Shown here: positions 39,937 through 50,271 of the stretch, piece by piece
How positions within the stretch are numbered: the first letter of the stretch is position 1
Layout of the letters: each line of letters begins with the position of its first letter
NCBI GenBank assembly: GCA_963666055.2
Contig: CAXWPH010000002.1
Coordinates: 96,001 to 160,000, forward strand
Direction of reading: 5' to 3'
DNA from: Acidobacteriota bacterium
GTDB taxonomy: Bacteria > Acidobacteriota > UBA890 > WLXD01
DNA: 64,000 nt
Notes under the pieces: model-generated
The model's database searches: none
Seen by the model: only the letters and a program-made list of their open reading frames with translations
Told to the model about the DNA's origin: nothing
Translations under genes and position numbers: made by a program

Positions 39937-40298
39937 GACTATGATCTCTGAAATCACTCGGATGTTGCCGCGACCATCCGGGCGCTCACAGACAAGGAGC
40001 GTCACCGGAACGGCGAGAGGCGCAAGGATAGCACAGCGCCCCGCGTTCAGTGCGTGCCGGTGCGTGCCACGATGGTCTTGCGGTACCTGCTGTTTCTGGC
40101 TTCTCGAAGGATGGTCCGATGCTCCGTTTCGGAATCATGGCTGGCCGGCAACGCACGTCGTCGCGGTGGGCCGACCGACCAGCGTCCCGAAGCCTTCCGA
40201 CTACGATAACGGCGCAAAGCGCCGACGTCCCGTCGGGAGCCCTGACTGAGCACGCTGGTGATTCGAATGCGGAAAGTGGTGCAGGCTAGAATCCAACC

Positions 40299-40928
40299 AT
40301 GACCGAGCTGGCTCTGGAACGTAGCGCGCTGGTGCGGCGCGGACTGCTGCTGAGCTGGGCAACGCTGGCGTACAACGGCATCGAGGCCGGGCTGGCGCTG
40401 GCGGCCGCCGCCATGGCCGGGTCGGTGGCCCTCGTAGGCTTCGGTGCCGATAGCACCATCGAGGTCTCGGCGGCCGCCGTGGCCCTTTGGCGCTTGCACG
40501 CCGATGCCGACCCCGTCCGCCGTGCGCACGCCGAGAGAGTCTCACTGCGGCTCATCGGTGGGAGCTTTCTGGTGCTTGCTGTCTATGTGACCATCGAGGC
40601 TCTGCGTATGTTGTCGCTTCGCCAGGCTCCGGACGGGAGCTTGCTAGGTATCGCTGTGGCCGCCGGCTCGGTGCTGGTGATGCCGCTGCTGGCGCGGGCC
40701 AAGCGCAAGGTAGCGTTGGCGATGTCCAGTAGCGCACTGCACCTCGAGGCCAACCAGACGATGCTATGTACGTATTTGTCGGCCATTCTCCTGGGCGGGC
40801 TGCTGTTGAACGCGCTGTTCGGCTGGTGGTGGGCAGATCCAATGGCCGCCCTCGTGATGGCGCCGATCATCGTGCGCGAGGGATGGCACGCCTTCCGCGG
40901 CCGCTCGTGCCCGTGCTGCCCTCGCTAG
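40299..40928 (+). CDS. Cation transporter (CDF-like)
   Basis: YNGIEA, SVALVGFGADSTIE, EANQTMLCTYLS, GWWWADP. Confidence 0.88.
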   Translation: MTELALERSALVRRGLLLSWATLAYNGIEAGLALAAAAMAGSVALVGFGADSTIEVSAAAVALWRLHADADPVRRAHAERVSLRLIGGSFLVLAVYVTIEALRMLSLRQAPDGSLLGIAVAAGSVLVMPLLARAKRKVALAMSSSALHLEANQTMLCTYLSAILLGGLLLNALFGWWWADPMAALVMAPIIVREGWHAFRGRSCPCCPR

Positions 40929-41623
40929 GGGGCTCGCGCACGATCGACGTGTGGCCGTTCTCCCTCGACGGAGCCCTGGCGGCGCCCGACACGCTCGACA
41001 GCGTCGAGCACGCTCGCCTGCGGCGGATGCGCTCACCGTCGAAGCGACTCGAGTTTCTCGTTGGGCGGTCAGTGCTGCGGCGCATTCTCGGCGAGGTTCT
41101 CGACATCAATCCAGGCGAGGTACAGCTCGACTACGGGGCGCACGGCAAGCCGCTATTGCGCGGCGACGAGCTGACGTTCAATCTCTCGCACTCCGGACAG
41201 CGCGCCCTGGTCGCCATCGCGGCGGGTGGACGAGTGGGTGTGGACGTTGAACAGTGCCGAGCGCGGCGACCGTTCCAACAGCTATCGCGGCGCTTCTTCT
41301 CGGAGGCGGAGGATCGTTGGCTGCGGGCGCTGCCGGCGCCCGACCGGGCCGCGGGCTTCTATCAGATGTGGACGTTAAAAGAGTCGTACCTCAAGGCGAT
41401 CGGCACCGGGCTGGCCTTCTCGCCTCGCGGTTTCGCAATGGATCTGACGTGCGCGCCGCCCCGCCTGATGGCGACGGAGTACCCCGGCGACGAACCCGCC
41501 CGGTGGCGCTTTGCCACCCCCGGGCTGCGCGGCAACTACGCCGCCGCGCTGTGCTGGGACGGCGAGGGCCGCCGGGTCCGTCAGCGCGACGTTTCGGAGT
41601 TGTCCTGGAGCGGCGGCGTGTGA
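40913..41623 (+). CDS. Sfp-type 4'-phosphopantetheinyl transferase (start uncertain)
   Basis: HGKP, FNLSHS, VGVDVE, WTLKESYLKAIGTGL. Confidence 0.9.
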   Translation: MLPSLGGSRTIDVWPFSLDGALAAPDTLDSVEHARLRRMRSPSKRLEFLVGRSVLRRILGEVLDINPGEVQLDYGAHGKPLLRGDELTFNLSHSGQRALVAIAAGGRVGVDVEQCRARRPFQQLSRRFFSEAEDRWLRALPAPDRAAGFYQMWTLKESYLKAIGTGLAFSPRGFAMDLTCAPPRLMATEYPGDEPARWRFATPGLRGNYAAALCWDGEGRRVRQRDVSELSWSGGV

Positions 41624-41690
41624 GGTTCGCGACCCGCTACACTTGCAAGACAGGCTGCTGGGGACACCTCGGATGGCGCAAGGAGGGGAC

Positions 41691-42272
41691 ATGAAGTGGC
41701 TCAAACCACTGCTGTTGCTTGCCGCGCTCGGCCATATCGCGGTCGGGCTTTACTTTCTCTATGCAGTCGATGCGGCTGCGCGCCTGGTGGGGTTCGACCT
41801 GCTCAACACCGGTTCCCGCGGCGAGCTGCGGGCGCTGGCAGGCGGTCTCGTAGTGGCTATCGGCGCAATGATATTGAGGGGCGTTTTCGGAGGGCGGTTC
41901 GGGCGGCAGTGGCTCTACGCGGCGGGGATCATCTATACGGGGCTTCTCGCCGGCCGCGTCGTCAGCCTCGGCATGGATGGGCTGGCCGCCCACACCGTCT
42001 TCGCCGGGTTGTTCGAGGCGGCGCTGGCGGTGTTGTTCTTCTGGTCCGGAGCCGAGGTCAGTCGATCTGTAACCGTTGCCGGCGAGGCGCCCAAACTGGG
42101 GGCCTCCAGCGAGCCGGTTGAGACCTCGGCGACACCCGGTTCGATCGCACCACCGCTGCAGGCCGAGACCCTGCCGGGGTCGGCGCCGATGGTGAAAGAC
42201 GATGTGGCGCCGGAGGTCGACGGGCAGGACGCATCGGACCGCCCGCCCGGGTCAGCTGGAGACGGCGAGTAG
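41691..42272 (+). CDS. Membrane protein, DUF4345-like, with low-complexity C-terminal tail
   Basis: AAGGAGG RBS; ELRALAGGL, GRVVSLGMDG; four TM segments. Confidence 0.7.
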   Translation: MKWLKPLLLLAALGHIAVGLYFLYAVDAAARLVGFDLLNTGSRGELRALAGGLVVAIGAMILRGVFGGRFGRQWLYAAGIIYTGLLAGRVVSLGMDGLAAHTVFAGLFEAALAVLFFWSGAEVSRSVTVAGEAPKLGASSEPVETSATPGSIAPPLQAETLPGSAPMVKDDVAPEVDGQDASDRPPGSAGDGE

Positions 42273-42980
42273 CTCCGTCACGAACGTCAGAATCTGCCGC
42301 GGGTGCTCGGCACGGTAGTGGGGTTCGGCGGACCAATGCGAGTCGTCGGACAAGGGCCCATAGACGGCGCTGATGCCAATTACCTCCACCGGAATTCCCT
42401 GGCCGGCGTAATGGAGGTTGGTGTTGTGAACGCACTCGATATCCGACTCGTGGTCACCGACGTAGATGATGCGGCCGGGTCGTGTCCCCGTCAGGCGCTC
42501 GACGCAGGCCACGAGCGCGTCCGGCTGAGGTTTTTGTCGCCCGGGATCGACGGTTTCGAACCCCATCACCTCGTCGAAGTGCGCTTCCAGCTGCAGCCGT
42601 TCGAGAAAGCGGATGATGTTTTGAGTTGCGTTGAGCGACACGATGCCGTGCGATAGGTGCGCCAGCCCTTCCAGGACCTCGGGAATACCGTCGTAGGAGG
42701 CTGTAGCAGTCTCGTCGGCGAGTTGCTCATCCCGCCAGCTCGACTCGGCCAGCCGGATCTGATCGTCCGTCATTTCAAGTTCCTGTCGATAAAAGTCCTT
42801 CCAATGCCGGTGCCGATGGAGGGCGCGCTCGTAGCGCTGCAGCGAGCGCAGAGCATCGAAGACGTCGGGCGACTCTCCCTTGATGCGCTGCACCAGCGTC
42901 CGCGTGACGTTGAAGTTCTTCTGGCGCGTGTCGACCAACGTGCCGTCGAAATCCCAGATGACCGCCTGCACCTCGCGCAT
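42252..42980 (-). CDS. HAD family hydrolase (phosphoglycolate phosphatase-like)
   Basis: VIWDFDGTLVDT, QKPQPD, YVGDHESD. Confidence 0.9.
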   Translation of the reverse strand: MREVQAVIWDFDGTLVDTRQKNFNVTRTLVQRIKGESPDVFDALRSLQRYERALHRHRHWKDFYRQELEMTDDQIRLAESSWRDEQLADETATASYDGIPEVLEGLAHLSHGIVSLNATQNIIRFLERLQLEAHFDEVMGFETVDPGRQKPQPDALVACVERLTGTRPGRIIYVGDHESDIECVHNTNLHYAGQGIPVEVIGISAVYGPLSDDSHWSAEPHYRAEHPRQILTFVTELLAVSS

Positions 42981-42989
42981 ACGGTGAGA

Positions 42990-43042
42990 CTAGCAGGCGA
43001 TGGTGGAAGTCGGCCCACTACACTTCCACCGCGGCCTTCTAA
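42990..43042. repeat. Internally deleted mini-copy of MITE family A
   Basis: CTAGCAGGCGATGGTGGAAGT...CCCACTACACTTCCACCGCGGCCTTCTAA: two degenerate family A ends back to back. Confidence 0.7.
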
Positions 43043-43080
43043 CCGATCGCCCGGCGCGCTTGACGGGACAATGGAGCCTG

Positions 43081-43099
43081 TATTAAACGATGTTTAGTA
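43081..43099. promoter_or_regulatory. Candidate PadR operator
   Basis: TATTAAAC-GAT-GTTTAGTA imperfect palindrome between TTGACG (43060) and the AGGAG RBS of padR. Confidence 0.55.
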
Positions 43100-43121
43100 A
43101 ATCAGGAGAGGCGCGATCCCA

Positions 43122-43460
43122 ATGGGCAAGAAGGGCTATCTGGGGGAGTTTGAGCACATCGTCTTGTTGGCGCTAGTGCGTCTCGGCGGTGAGGCCGCTG
43201 GCCGAGCCATCTACGAGGAGATCGACCGGCTGGCCAGCACTTCGGTGGCCATCACGGCGGTCTATGTGACCCTTTCGCGGCTCGAAAAGAAGAGCTATGT
43301 CTCCGCGAAGCTCTCCGCGCCCACCCCCGTACGCGGCGGGCGAGCCACCAAGAGCTTTCGGATCGAGGCCGCCGGCCTGGCGGCGCTGCAGCGCTCACGC
43401 CAACAGCTCGAACGGTTCTGGGATGGGGTCGAGATCGGCTCCGAGGCCGAAGGTCGATGA
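43122..43460 (+). CDS. PadR family transcriptional regulator
   Basis: LGEFEHIVLLALVRL, AVYVTLSRLEKK, RGGRATK. Confidence 0.92.
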   Translation: MGKKGYLGEFEHIVLLALVRLGGEAAGRAIYEEIDRLASTSVAITAVYVTLSRLEKKSYVSAKLSAPTPVRGGRATKSFRIEAAGLAALQRSRQQLERFWDGVEIGSEAEGR

Positions 43461-45262
43461 TGCCGCCGGTGTGGGCTGGTTGCCTGAGGGTCTTGTTGCC
43501 GCCGAGACTGCGCTCCGCGGTGATGCGGGATACCTGCACGACGTTCGAGAACCTCGAGGCGCGCCTCGGGCGTCGAGCCGCGCTGCGATGGCTGCGCAGC
43601 CAGGTGCGTGGCGCCGTCGGGCCCTCCCTGCGACATCGGCTCGAATCGGGCGCTGTACCGATGCGACATATCAGGTGCGCCGTGACCAGCCTGGGCGCGG
43701 ATGTTCGCCAGGCGGTGCGCGGTGCAGTGCATCAGCCGGGCTTCAGCGTTGCAGTCGTGCTCACCCTCGGTCTGGGGATTGGCGGCACCGTCGCCATCTT
43801 CAGTGTTGTCGACGCGGTGTTACTGCGCCCGCTGCCGTATCTGGACGCCGAACGGCTTGTTCGGGTCTGGGAGTCAAATGCCATGCTCGGATTCCTCGAA
43901 GATGGCCCATCGCCGGCCAATTTCCTCGACTGGGAAGCGCGCAACGAGGTGTTCGATGGCATTGCGGCGTGGTGGCCGGAGACCGCCATATACAAGTCCG
44001 CCGACCGCGCCGAACAGCTGGAGGTAGCGCATGTTTCTGGCGATTTCTTCCGCCTTCTAGGCACCGAGCCGCTGCTCGGCCGCCTGCTCTCGCCCGACGA
44101 TGCGGTCGGCTCGTGGTACGACAACAGCGGCAATCACTACGGCGCCGAGCCGCTGATCGCGGTGAGCCACCAGTTCTGGAGCTCCCGCCTCGGGGCTGAT
44201 CCACAGGCCGTTGGGCGAGTCATCGAGGTGAATCGTGTGCTGTGGCGGATCGTCGGCGTGATGCCGGCGAGCTTCGCCCTACCCAGGGCGGATATCGACC
44301 TGTGGAACTCTTGGGATCTCGGGGCGCGCGCCCGATCGACCGCCGGCCAGCCTTCGCGTGACTCGCGGTTTCTTGGTGTGGTCGCGCGCCTCCGTGAAGG
44401 ATTGCACATGTCGGCAGCCCAGCTACGGCTGGACGCTCTTGCAGCCGCGCTCGCCACCGAATATCCGGCCACCAACGCCGGTTGGGGTATCCGCGTTACG
44501 CCGCTCAGCGGTCAACTGATCGACCCGGCCCGGCGGCCGCTCGGGGTGCTGTCCGGTGCTGTCGGACTTCTTTTGTTGACGGCTTGCGCCAACGTTGCGG
44601 GATTGCTGTTGGCGCGGTCCACGGCGCGTCGTGGCGTCGGTGTAGTAGGTGACGTTCGCCACCACGACTTGCGCCAGGGGCCACAGCCCGAGATTTTCCT
44701 TCCCTACGCCCAGAACCCGTATCCAGCGCTCAACGTGGTGTTGCGGACCCGTCCGGGTGAGGCGCCCAGTATCGCCGCGATCGAGGCGCTGGTGACGGAG
44801 ATCAATCCCGATCAACCCGTGCACAGCGTGGTGGCGATGCGCGAGCTGGTCGCTGCCACGCTGGCACGGCAACGCTTTGCCGCCACGCTGCTGATCGTCT
44901 TCGCTGGCATCGCGCTGCTGCTGACCACCGTCGGGACCTACGGGGTCGTCGCCTGGTCGGTGAGCCGTCGCGTGCGCGAGCTGGGTATCCGCTCGGCGCT
45001 CGGCGCACGCTCCTCGGAGGTGCGCGTGATGGTCGTCCGCGAGGGCCTGGGTCTTGGCATGATGGGTGTGCTTATGGGTCTCGGTGCCTCGCTGTTGCTC
45101 ATCCGGTCGCTGGACGGATTGCTGTATGAAGTGCGCAGTGACGACGCTGCGACCCGCTTCATTGTGGGTGCGGGACTGCTCGTGGTCACCGCCGCCGCGA
45201 GCTACTTGCCGGCGCGGCGTGCCTCGGCGGTGGAACCGACCGAGGCCTTGCGGTCCGAGTAG
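43457..45262 (+). pseudogene. ADOP-type ABC permease with large in-frame internal deletion
   Basis: 601 aa versus 888/897 aa for the paralogs in this window; LLARSTARRG is joined directly to VGVVGDVR at about 44635. Confidence 0.8.
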
Positions 45263-45357
45263 CATCCCGGCCGGCGTTCGACTCTCCCCGGAAACCAGCA
45301 TACTGGGTGGTGTCGATATCGTCCGCGTTACGGCGGCACGAGTGATCCCGGGAAGCC

Positions 45358-45948
45358 ATGATTGAATCGCTCGCACATTGGATCGAGGGTTCGGGCGCCC
45401 TCGTGTACGCGCTCGCCCCGCTGTTTACCTTGCTCGTGGCAATCTTGCCGATTCCGGCCGAGATCCCCGCTCTGCTGAACGGCATGGTATTCGGCCCGCT
45501 CTGGGGCACGCTCATCACCTGGCTCTTCGCTCTTGCGGGGGCACAGATCAGCTTTGAGCTCGCCCGTCGCTTCGGACGCCCCCTGGGCGACCGGCTCATG
45601 CCGGCAGGCGTTCTGCACCGTGCCGATCGCGCCGTGCAGTCGGCTGGCTGGCCGGTGCTGTTGACCCTGCGCCTCCTCCCTACGGTTGCTTTCACCGCGG
45701 TCAACTGGGCCGCGGGGCTGACGATGGTTTCCCGGTGGACGTTCGTGTGGACCACGGCTCTGGGCATTCTCCCCGGCGCCATTGTCTTCACGCTTACCGG
45801 GACGGGGCTCGGCCCGCTGCTTCGCGGCGGCCCTGCAGAGTCCATGGGCGCTTGGCCGTGGGTCGCCGCCGCGATGCTGACGGTGGTACTGACGGCGTGG
45901 CTCTGGCGCCGCAGGGGGCGTTCGGATGCGGACACGCCGTCCCGCTAG
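45358..45948 (+). CDS. TVP38/TMEM64 (VTT/DedA-like) membrane protein
   Basis: LPIPAE, GMVFGPLWG, FELARRFGR, LRLLP, TALGILPG. Confidence 0.88.
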   Translation: MIESLAHWIEGSGALVYALAPLFTLLVAILPIPAEIPALLNGMVFGPLWGTLITWLFALAGAQISFELARRFGRPLGDRLMPAGVLHRADRAVQSAGWPVLLTLRLLPTVAFTAVNWAAGLTMVSRWTFVWTTALGILPGAIVFTLTGTGLGPLLRGGPAESMGAWPWVAAAMLTVVLTAWLWRRRGRSDADTPSR

Positions 45949-45991
45949 TGGAACAGTCGCGACCAAGTGCTCTTGTGTGTCACGACGCAGG

Positions 45992-48658
45992 CTACTCGCC
46001 GCGTAGTGACACCGCCGGATCGATCGAGGCCGCTCGTCGCGCCGGCAGCACCGAAGCCACAACAGCGGCGACCAAGAGACAGGCGACGACGGCGAGATAG
46101 GTGGTGGGCTCCGTCGGACTCACGCCGAACAGTAGTGCCGCGATCCATCGTGACGTGATGATGGCGAGCAACAGGCCAATCACCAGCCCACCTCCGACCA
46201 TCCTGCTGCTCTGGCCAAGCACCATGCGCACCACATCGCTGCTGCTGGCCCCGAGCGCCATCCGTACGCCGACTTCGTGCTGTCGCTGCGACACCAGGTA
46301 ACTGAGCACCCCGTACACCCCGAGAGCTGCCAGAAACAGAGCAATGAGCGAGAAGATCCCCAGGATTGTCGACGCGAAGCGCTGGCGCGACACCGAATTC
46401 TCCAGCGTCGACGTCATCGTGTCGATGTTGTAGACGGCGAGCTCCCTGTCCAGCGACCAGATACCCGAGCGCACCGACGCAACCATGTCGAGCGGGTCGC
46501 CGTTGGTGCGCACCATCAGAGTGACTACTCCGAACGCCGGCGCTTGTAGCAGGTTCACGTACATCGCCGGGGGCGCGTCGCGATCCAGTCCCAGCGTTCT
46601 TTCGTTCTCGATCACGCCGAGGACGCGGCGTGGTATCCCCGCCCACGGTAGCTCGAGCTGGTGCTCGAGTGGCTCGAGTCCGTCGAAGTAGCGCTCTCGG
46701 GCGGCGCGGTTGATAAGCACCACGGGCTCGCTCTGCGCATCGTCGGTGGCATCCATCAGTCGACCGTGGAGAAGCGTTGCACCGACGGTGTCGAAGTAGG
46801 TCGGAGTCACCAGGCGTAAGGTGATCTCACCCTGCCCCGCGTTGTAGGGGATGCCGACGATCCCGAAGCTGTTGGTGAAGCCAGCCTGGAGTGGGTGGTT
46901 CGAGGCAAGCGCGGCCGCGCGCACGCCCGGCAGTGCCTGTACGCGCTCCAGCAGCGAACCGTAGAAGTTGCGTCGTTCCGGCCAGCTGGGCCAATTCTGG
47001 AAATCGCGCGGATAGCGGGAGTCGGGAAGCTGGAAGTCGGCTCGGAGCACGTTTGCGGCGCGGAACCCGGGGTCGACTCCCTGGAGATTCCACAGCGTTC
47101 CGATGAGTAACGCGGCAGCGACCAGCAGCACCACCGCCAGAGCGGTCTGTCCCGCAACCAAGCAGCGGCGCATGAACAGCTTCGACACGGCCGCCGCTTC
47201 GGCCTGCGAGCGTCCCTCCTTGAGGGCGCTCTGGACGTCGATCCGGCGTGCTTGGAGCGTCGGCAGCAACCCGCAACCGATGCCGATGAGCGCACTTGTC
47301 ACGGCCGCAAACAGCAACACCCGGGAGTCGATGCCGACGATCGCCTGACCGAGCAACTGCGGCGGTGCCAACGCTAGGAGCGCGCCCAAGCCGACGTTCG
47401 AGAGCACCCCGCCAGCCAGCAGTGCCAAGCCGGTCAGCAGCAACCCCTCGGTCAGGAAACGCCGTGCCAGACGCGCATCGCTGGCCCCGAGTGCCACGTA
47501 GACGGCGGTCTCCTGGGCGCGGGCGGCTCCTCGTGCCAGCAACAAGTTGGCGACGTTGGCGCAAGCGATCGCCAACACGGTCGTCACAGCCGCAAACAGC
47601 AGCCACAATGTCGTCTCGGCGCCGCCACGTCGATAGTCGGTCAGCGGCTCGACGAAGACACCGCGATTGGCGTTCTCCGGGTAGCTGGCCTCCAGATCTG
47701 CGGCAATCGACTCGAGCTCGTCGGCAGCGTTCGCAAACGATGATGCGGCGGCCAGTCGCCCCAGCACTGTCACGTCGTGTCGGGCGCGTGCCGAGTTGGT
47801 TGAGTCGCGCTGCAACGGTATCCACAGGTCGTAGTCGAGGTCGGGAAAATCCACACCGGGTGGAAGGACGCCGACGATCGTATGACTTCGATCGTTGAGC
47901 TCGATCGACGTGCCGATCACCTCCGGTGCGGCGGCGAACGCGTCCTGCCAGAAGGCGTGGGTGAGGAGCGCAACCGGCTCCCCGCCGGGGACGTCCTCGG
48001 CCGCCGTGATCGCTCGCCCGAGGGCAGGGGCCACACCGAGCACCCTCAAGAGGTCCGCGCCCGCCGTGACTACTTTGAGCCGCCGTGGCTCGCCACCGGC
48101 TCGGGTCAGATTGAGGTTGCCGGTGGCGTACATCGCCATGCCGTCGAAGGCGCGGCTACGCTCTCGGAAATCCAAGAAATCATGTACCGACGCCTGCTCG
48201 CGCACCGTTCCTGTGGCGCGGTCGTTTTCCCAGATCATCGCTAGCCGGGCAGCGTCTTCGTAGGGAAGCGGGCGCAGCAGCACGCCGTTGACGACACTGA
48301 AGATAGCGGTGGTCGTACCGATGCCGAGCGCCAGCGTGAGCACAATCACGGCGCTCAGGCCCGGCTGCCTGGTTAACGATCGGCCTGCCATACGTAGGTC
48401 TTGCCAGAGATGGTCGACCACCATGCTCCATTCCTCCCGCTCGATTCGTTGCAGCCCCAGCCGATGGCAGTCTTCGCGCACCTGCGCCCGATCGCCGAAC
48501 CTTTGCATCACATCGTGACGCGCTTCTTCTTCGGTCAGCCCGCATTGCACGAGCTCCGCGACGCGCCCGTCGATGTGGAAGTCGAGCTCGTCGTCGATAT
48601 CGGACCGCAGCACTCGGCGTGGGAACAGACGGCGCCAGACATCGCGCCAATCACGCAC
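45992..48658 (-). CDS. ADOP-type duplicated ABC transporter permease
   Basis: DIDDELDFHI..., QDLRMAGRSL, LALGIGTTTAIFSVV, IACANVANLLL, QRQHEVGVRMALGA, RRAASIDP. Confidence 0.93.
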   Translation of the reverse strand: MRDWRDVWRRLFPRRVLRSDIDDELDFHIDGRVAELVQCGLTEEEARHDVMQRFGDRAQVREDCHRLGLQRIEREEWSMVVDHLWQDLRMAGRSLTRQPGLSAVIVLTLALGIGTTTAIFSVVNGVLLRPLPYEDAARLAMIWENDRATGTVREQASVHDFLDFRERSRAFDGMAMYATGNLNLTRAGGEPRRLKVVTAGADLLRVLGVAPALGRAITAAEDVPGGEPVALLTHAFWQDAFAAAPEVIGTSIELNDRSHTIVGVLPPGVDFPDLDYDLWIPLQRDSTNSARARHDVTVLGRLAAASSFANAADELESIAADLEASYPENANRGVFVEPLTDYRRGGAETTLWLLFAAVTTVLAIACANVANLLLARGAARAQETAVYVALGASDARLARRFLTEGLLLTGLALLAGGVLSNVGLGALLALAPPQLLGQAIVGIDSRVLLFAAVTSALIGIGCGLLPTLQARRIDVQSALKEGRSQAEAAAVSKLFMRRCLVAGQTALAVVLLVAAALLIGTLWNLQGVDPGFRAANVLRADFQLPDSRYPRDFQNWPSWPERRNFYGSLLERVQALPGVRAAALASNHPLQAGFTNSFGIVGIPYNAGQGEITLRLVTPTYFDTVGATLLHGRLMDATDDAQSEPVVLINRAARERYFDGLEPLEHQLELPWAGIPRRVLGVIENERTLGLDRDAPPAMYVNLLQAPAFGVVTLMVRTNGDPLDMVASVRSGIWSLDRELAVYNIDTMTSTLENSVSRQRFASTILGIFSLIALFLAALGVYGVLSYLVSQRQHEVGVRMALGASSSDVVRMVLGQSSRMVGGGLVIGLLLAIITSRWIAALLFGVSPTEPTTYLAVVACLLVAAVVASVLPARRAASIDPAVSLRGE

Positions 48659-48661
48659 GCC

Positions 48662-49009
48662 TCAGTCGCTCCATTCCGGCGCAACGTCGAGCACGGCGGC
48701 GACCGCGTTGGCGTGGCGCAACCAGCGGCGCGTGTCGCGGCGCAGCCGCTCGTGTCCCGTCTGGGTGAGCTCATAGAGCTTGGCGCGCCGTTGCGTATCC
48801 GATATTCCCCATGAGCTGATGAGCAGGGCATCGCGCTCCAACCGGTGCAGCGCCGGGTACAGGGCCCCCTCTTCTATACGCAGGGCATTGCCAGCAAGCT
48901 CTTCGATGCGACGGCTGACCCCCAGTCCGTGCAGCGGGCCGTGGGTCAACGCCTGCAGGATGAGCAGGCTCAGGGAGCCGTACAGTGTTCCCGCGTCGAC
49001 GGTGCCCAT
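48662..49009 (-). CDS. PadR family transcriptional regulator
   Basis: GSLSLLIL, PLHGLG, EEGALYPALHRLE, WGISDTQRRAKLYELT. Confidence 0.93.
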   Translation of the reverse strand: MGTVDAGTLYGSLSLLILQALTHGPLHGLGVSRRIEELAGNALRIEEGALYPALHRLERDALLISSWGISDTQRRAKLYELTQTGHERLRRDTRRWLRHANAVAAVLDVAPEWSD

Positions 49010-49054
49010 GGATGGTCTCTCCGGCGAAAATCCGGCCGCCGCCGGCTCCCTTTA

Positions 49055-49102
49055 CCTAATCTATTTAGGAGATGGAAAAATAGCATACCTAAGCTGCTAA
49101 GG
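49055..49102. promoter_or_regulatory. Tandem candidate PadR operators
   Basis: CCTAA-N5-TTAGG (49055-69) and CCTAA-N5-TAAGG (49088-102) upstream of padR. Confidence 0.6.
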
Positions 49103-49180
49103 GAAAGGATCGCATGAGCGATCCGCGCCGCAACTTGCTGCGGCGCGTCATGCGCATGCCCGGCGACGTAGACTGATGAA

Positions 49181-49993
49181 ATGAGCGTCGAATCGGTGCT
49201 GATTCCAGAGTTGGAGGGTGTCGACGGGCTAGTGTTCGACCTGGAGGGGACCCTGTACGTGGGGGACCGTCCGGTGGCCGGCGCCGCCGCATCGATTGCC
49301 ACGCTGCGCGCCCGCGGCATGCCGCTGCGCTTCCTTACCAACACCACTACGTGCGCTCATGAGGCGCTGACCGTCAAGCTCGAGGGCATGGGATTCGAGG
49401 TGTCCGGCGACGAGGTGTTCTGTGCCCCCACCGTCGCCGGCCGTTTCCTGCGAGAGAACGACGCGAGCGCCTGGCTACTCGTGTCGCCGGCTGCGCTGCC
49501 GGACTTCGATGGTGTGCGCACCGACCCCGACAATCCCGACTACGTGGTGGTGGGCGATCTGGGCGATGACTGGACGTTCGAGCTGCTGAACCGCGCCTTC
49601 GTCCTGGTGCGTGAGCGTGGCGCACGCCTCATCGGATTGGTACGAAGCCGATACTGGCTGTCGGCAGATGGCGCGCGACTCGACGTGGGGCCGTTCGTCG
49701 TAGCGCTGGAGTACGCCACGGGGCGGTCAGCCACGATCTTCGGCAAGCCGGAGCGCGCCATCTTCGAGACCGTGCTTCGCACGATGGGGCTACCGGCAGG
49801 ATCGGTCGCCATGGTCGGCGACGATCCGATCACCGATGCCGCCGCCGCCGCGGCGGTCGGGATGCGCACCGTGCTGGTACGTACCGGCAAGTATCGGGAA
49901 GGGGCCGAGGACCCGAGTGAGTCGGTCGGCGACGCCCCTGGTAACGCCGACGTGGTGGTCGACTCGGTGGCCGACCTGATCGTCTCCGGCTAG
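49181..49993 (+). CDS. HAD-IIA family hydrolase (LHPP/TIGR01458-like)
   Basis: FDLEGTLY, FLTNTT, LDVGPFV.ALEYA, GKPE, MVGDD, LVRTGKY. Confidence 0.9.
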   Translation: MSVESVLIPELEGVDGLVFDLEGTLYVGDRPVAGAAASIATLRARGMPLRFLTNTTTCAHEALTVKLEGMGFEVSGDEVFCAPTVAGRFLRENDASAWLLVSPAALPDFDGVRTDPDNPDYVVVGDLGDDWTFELLNRAFVLVRERGARLIGLVRSRYWLSADGARLDVGPFVVALEYATGRSATIFGKPERAIFETVLRTMGLPAGSVAMVGDDPITDAAAAAAVGMRTVLVRTGKYREGAEDPSESVGDAPGNADVVVDSVADLIVSG

Positions 49994-50269
49994 CAGGCCG
50001 TGGTGAAAGTGTGGTGGGTCTGGTTACGGCGAGTTGGGGCCAGATGCAAGGCGGCCTGACACAGGCGATGCCCTAGCCATCGTCGAGAAAGGCCAACACC
50101 GCAGATGGCCCCAAATCGCCGTAACCCTTCGGGCGACACGGGGTTGCGCGCGTATGCTGCGTCGTTCCTCGTCAACGATGGGGTAACCATCGCCTACCTC
50201 CTCTCTCTTTGCCTCCACTTCGCAAGACCCTGTCGCCAGACCCACCACACTTTCACCACGGCCTGCTAG
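49990..50269. mobile_element. MITE-like element, family A (280 bp, CTAG-bounded, perfect 34-bp TIRs)
   Basis: CTAGCAGGCCGTGGTGAAAGTGTGGTGGGTCTGG (49990-50023) is the exact reverse complement of 50236-50269; no credible coding capacity. Confidence 0.88.
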
Positions 50270-50271
50270 CG

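Noticed and set aside
40913-41623. Sfp-type PPTase as a marker of an NRPS/PKS cluster
   Set aside because: There are no carrier-protein, PKS or NRPS genes in the window.
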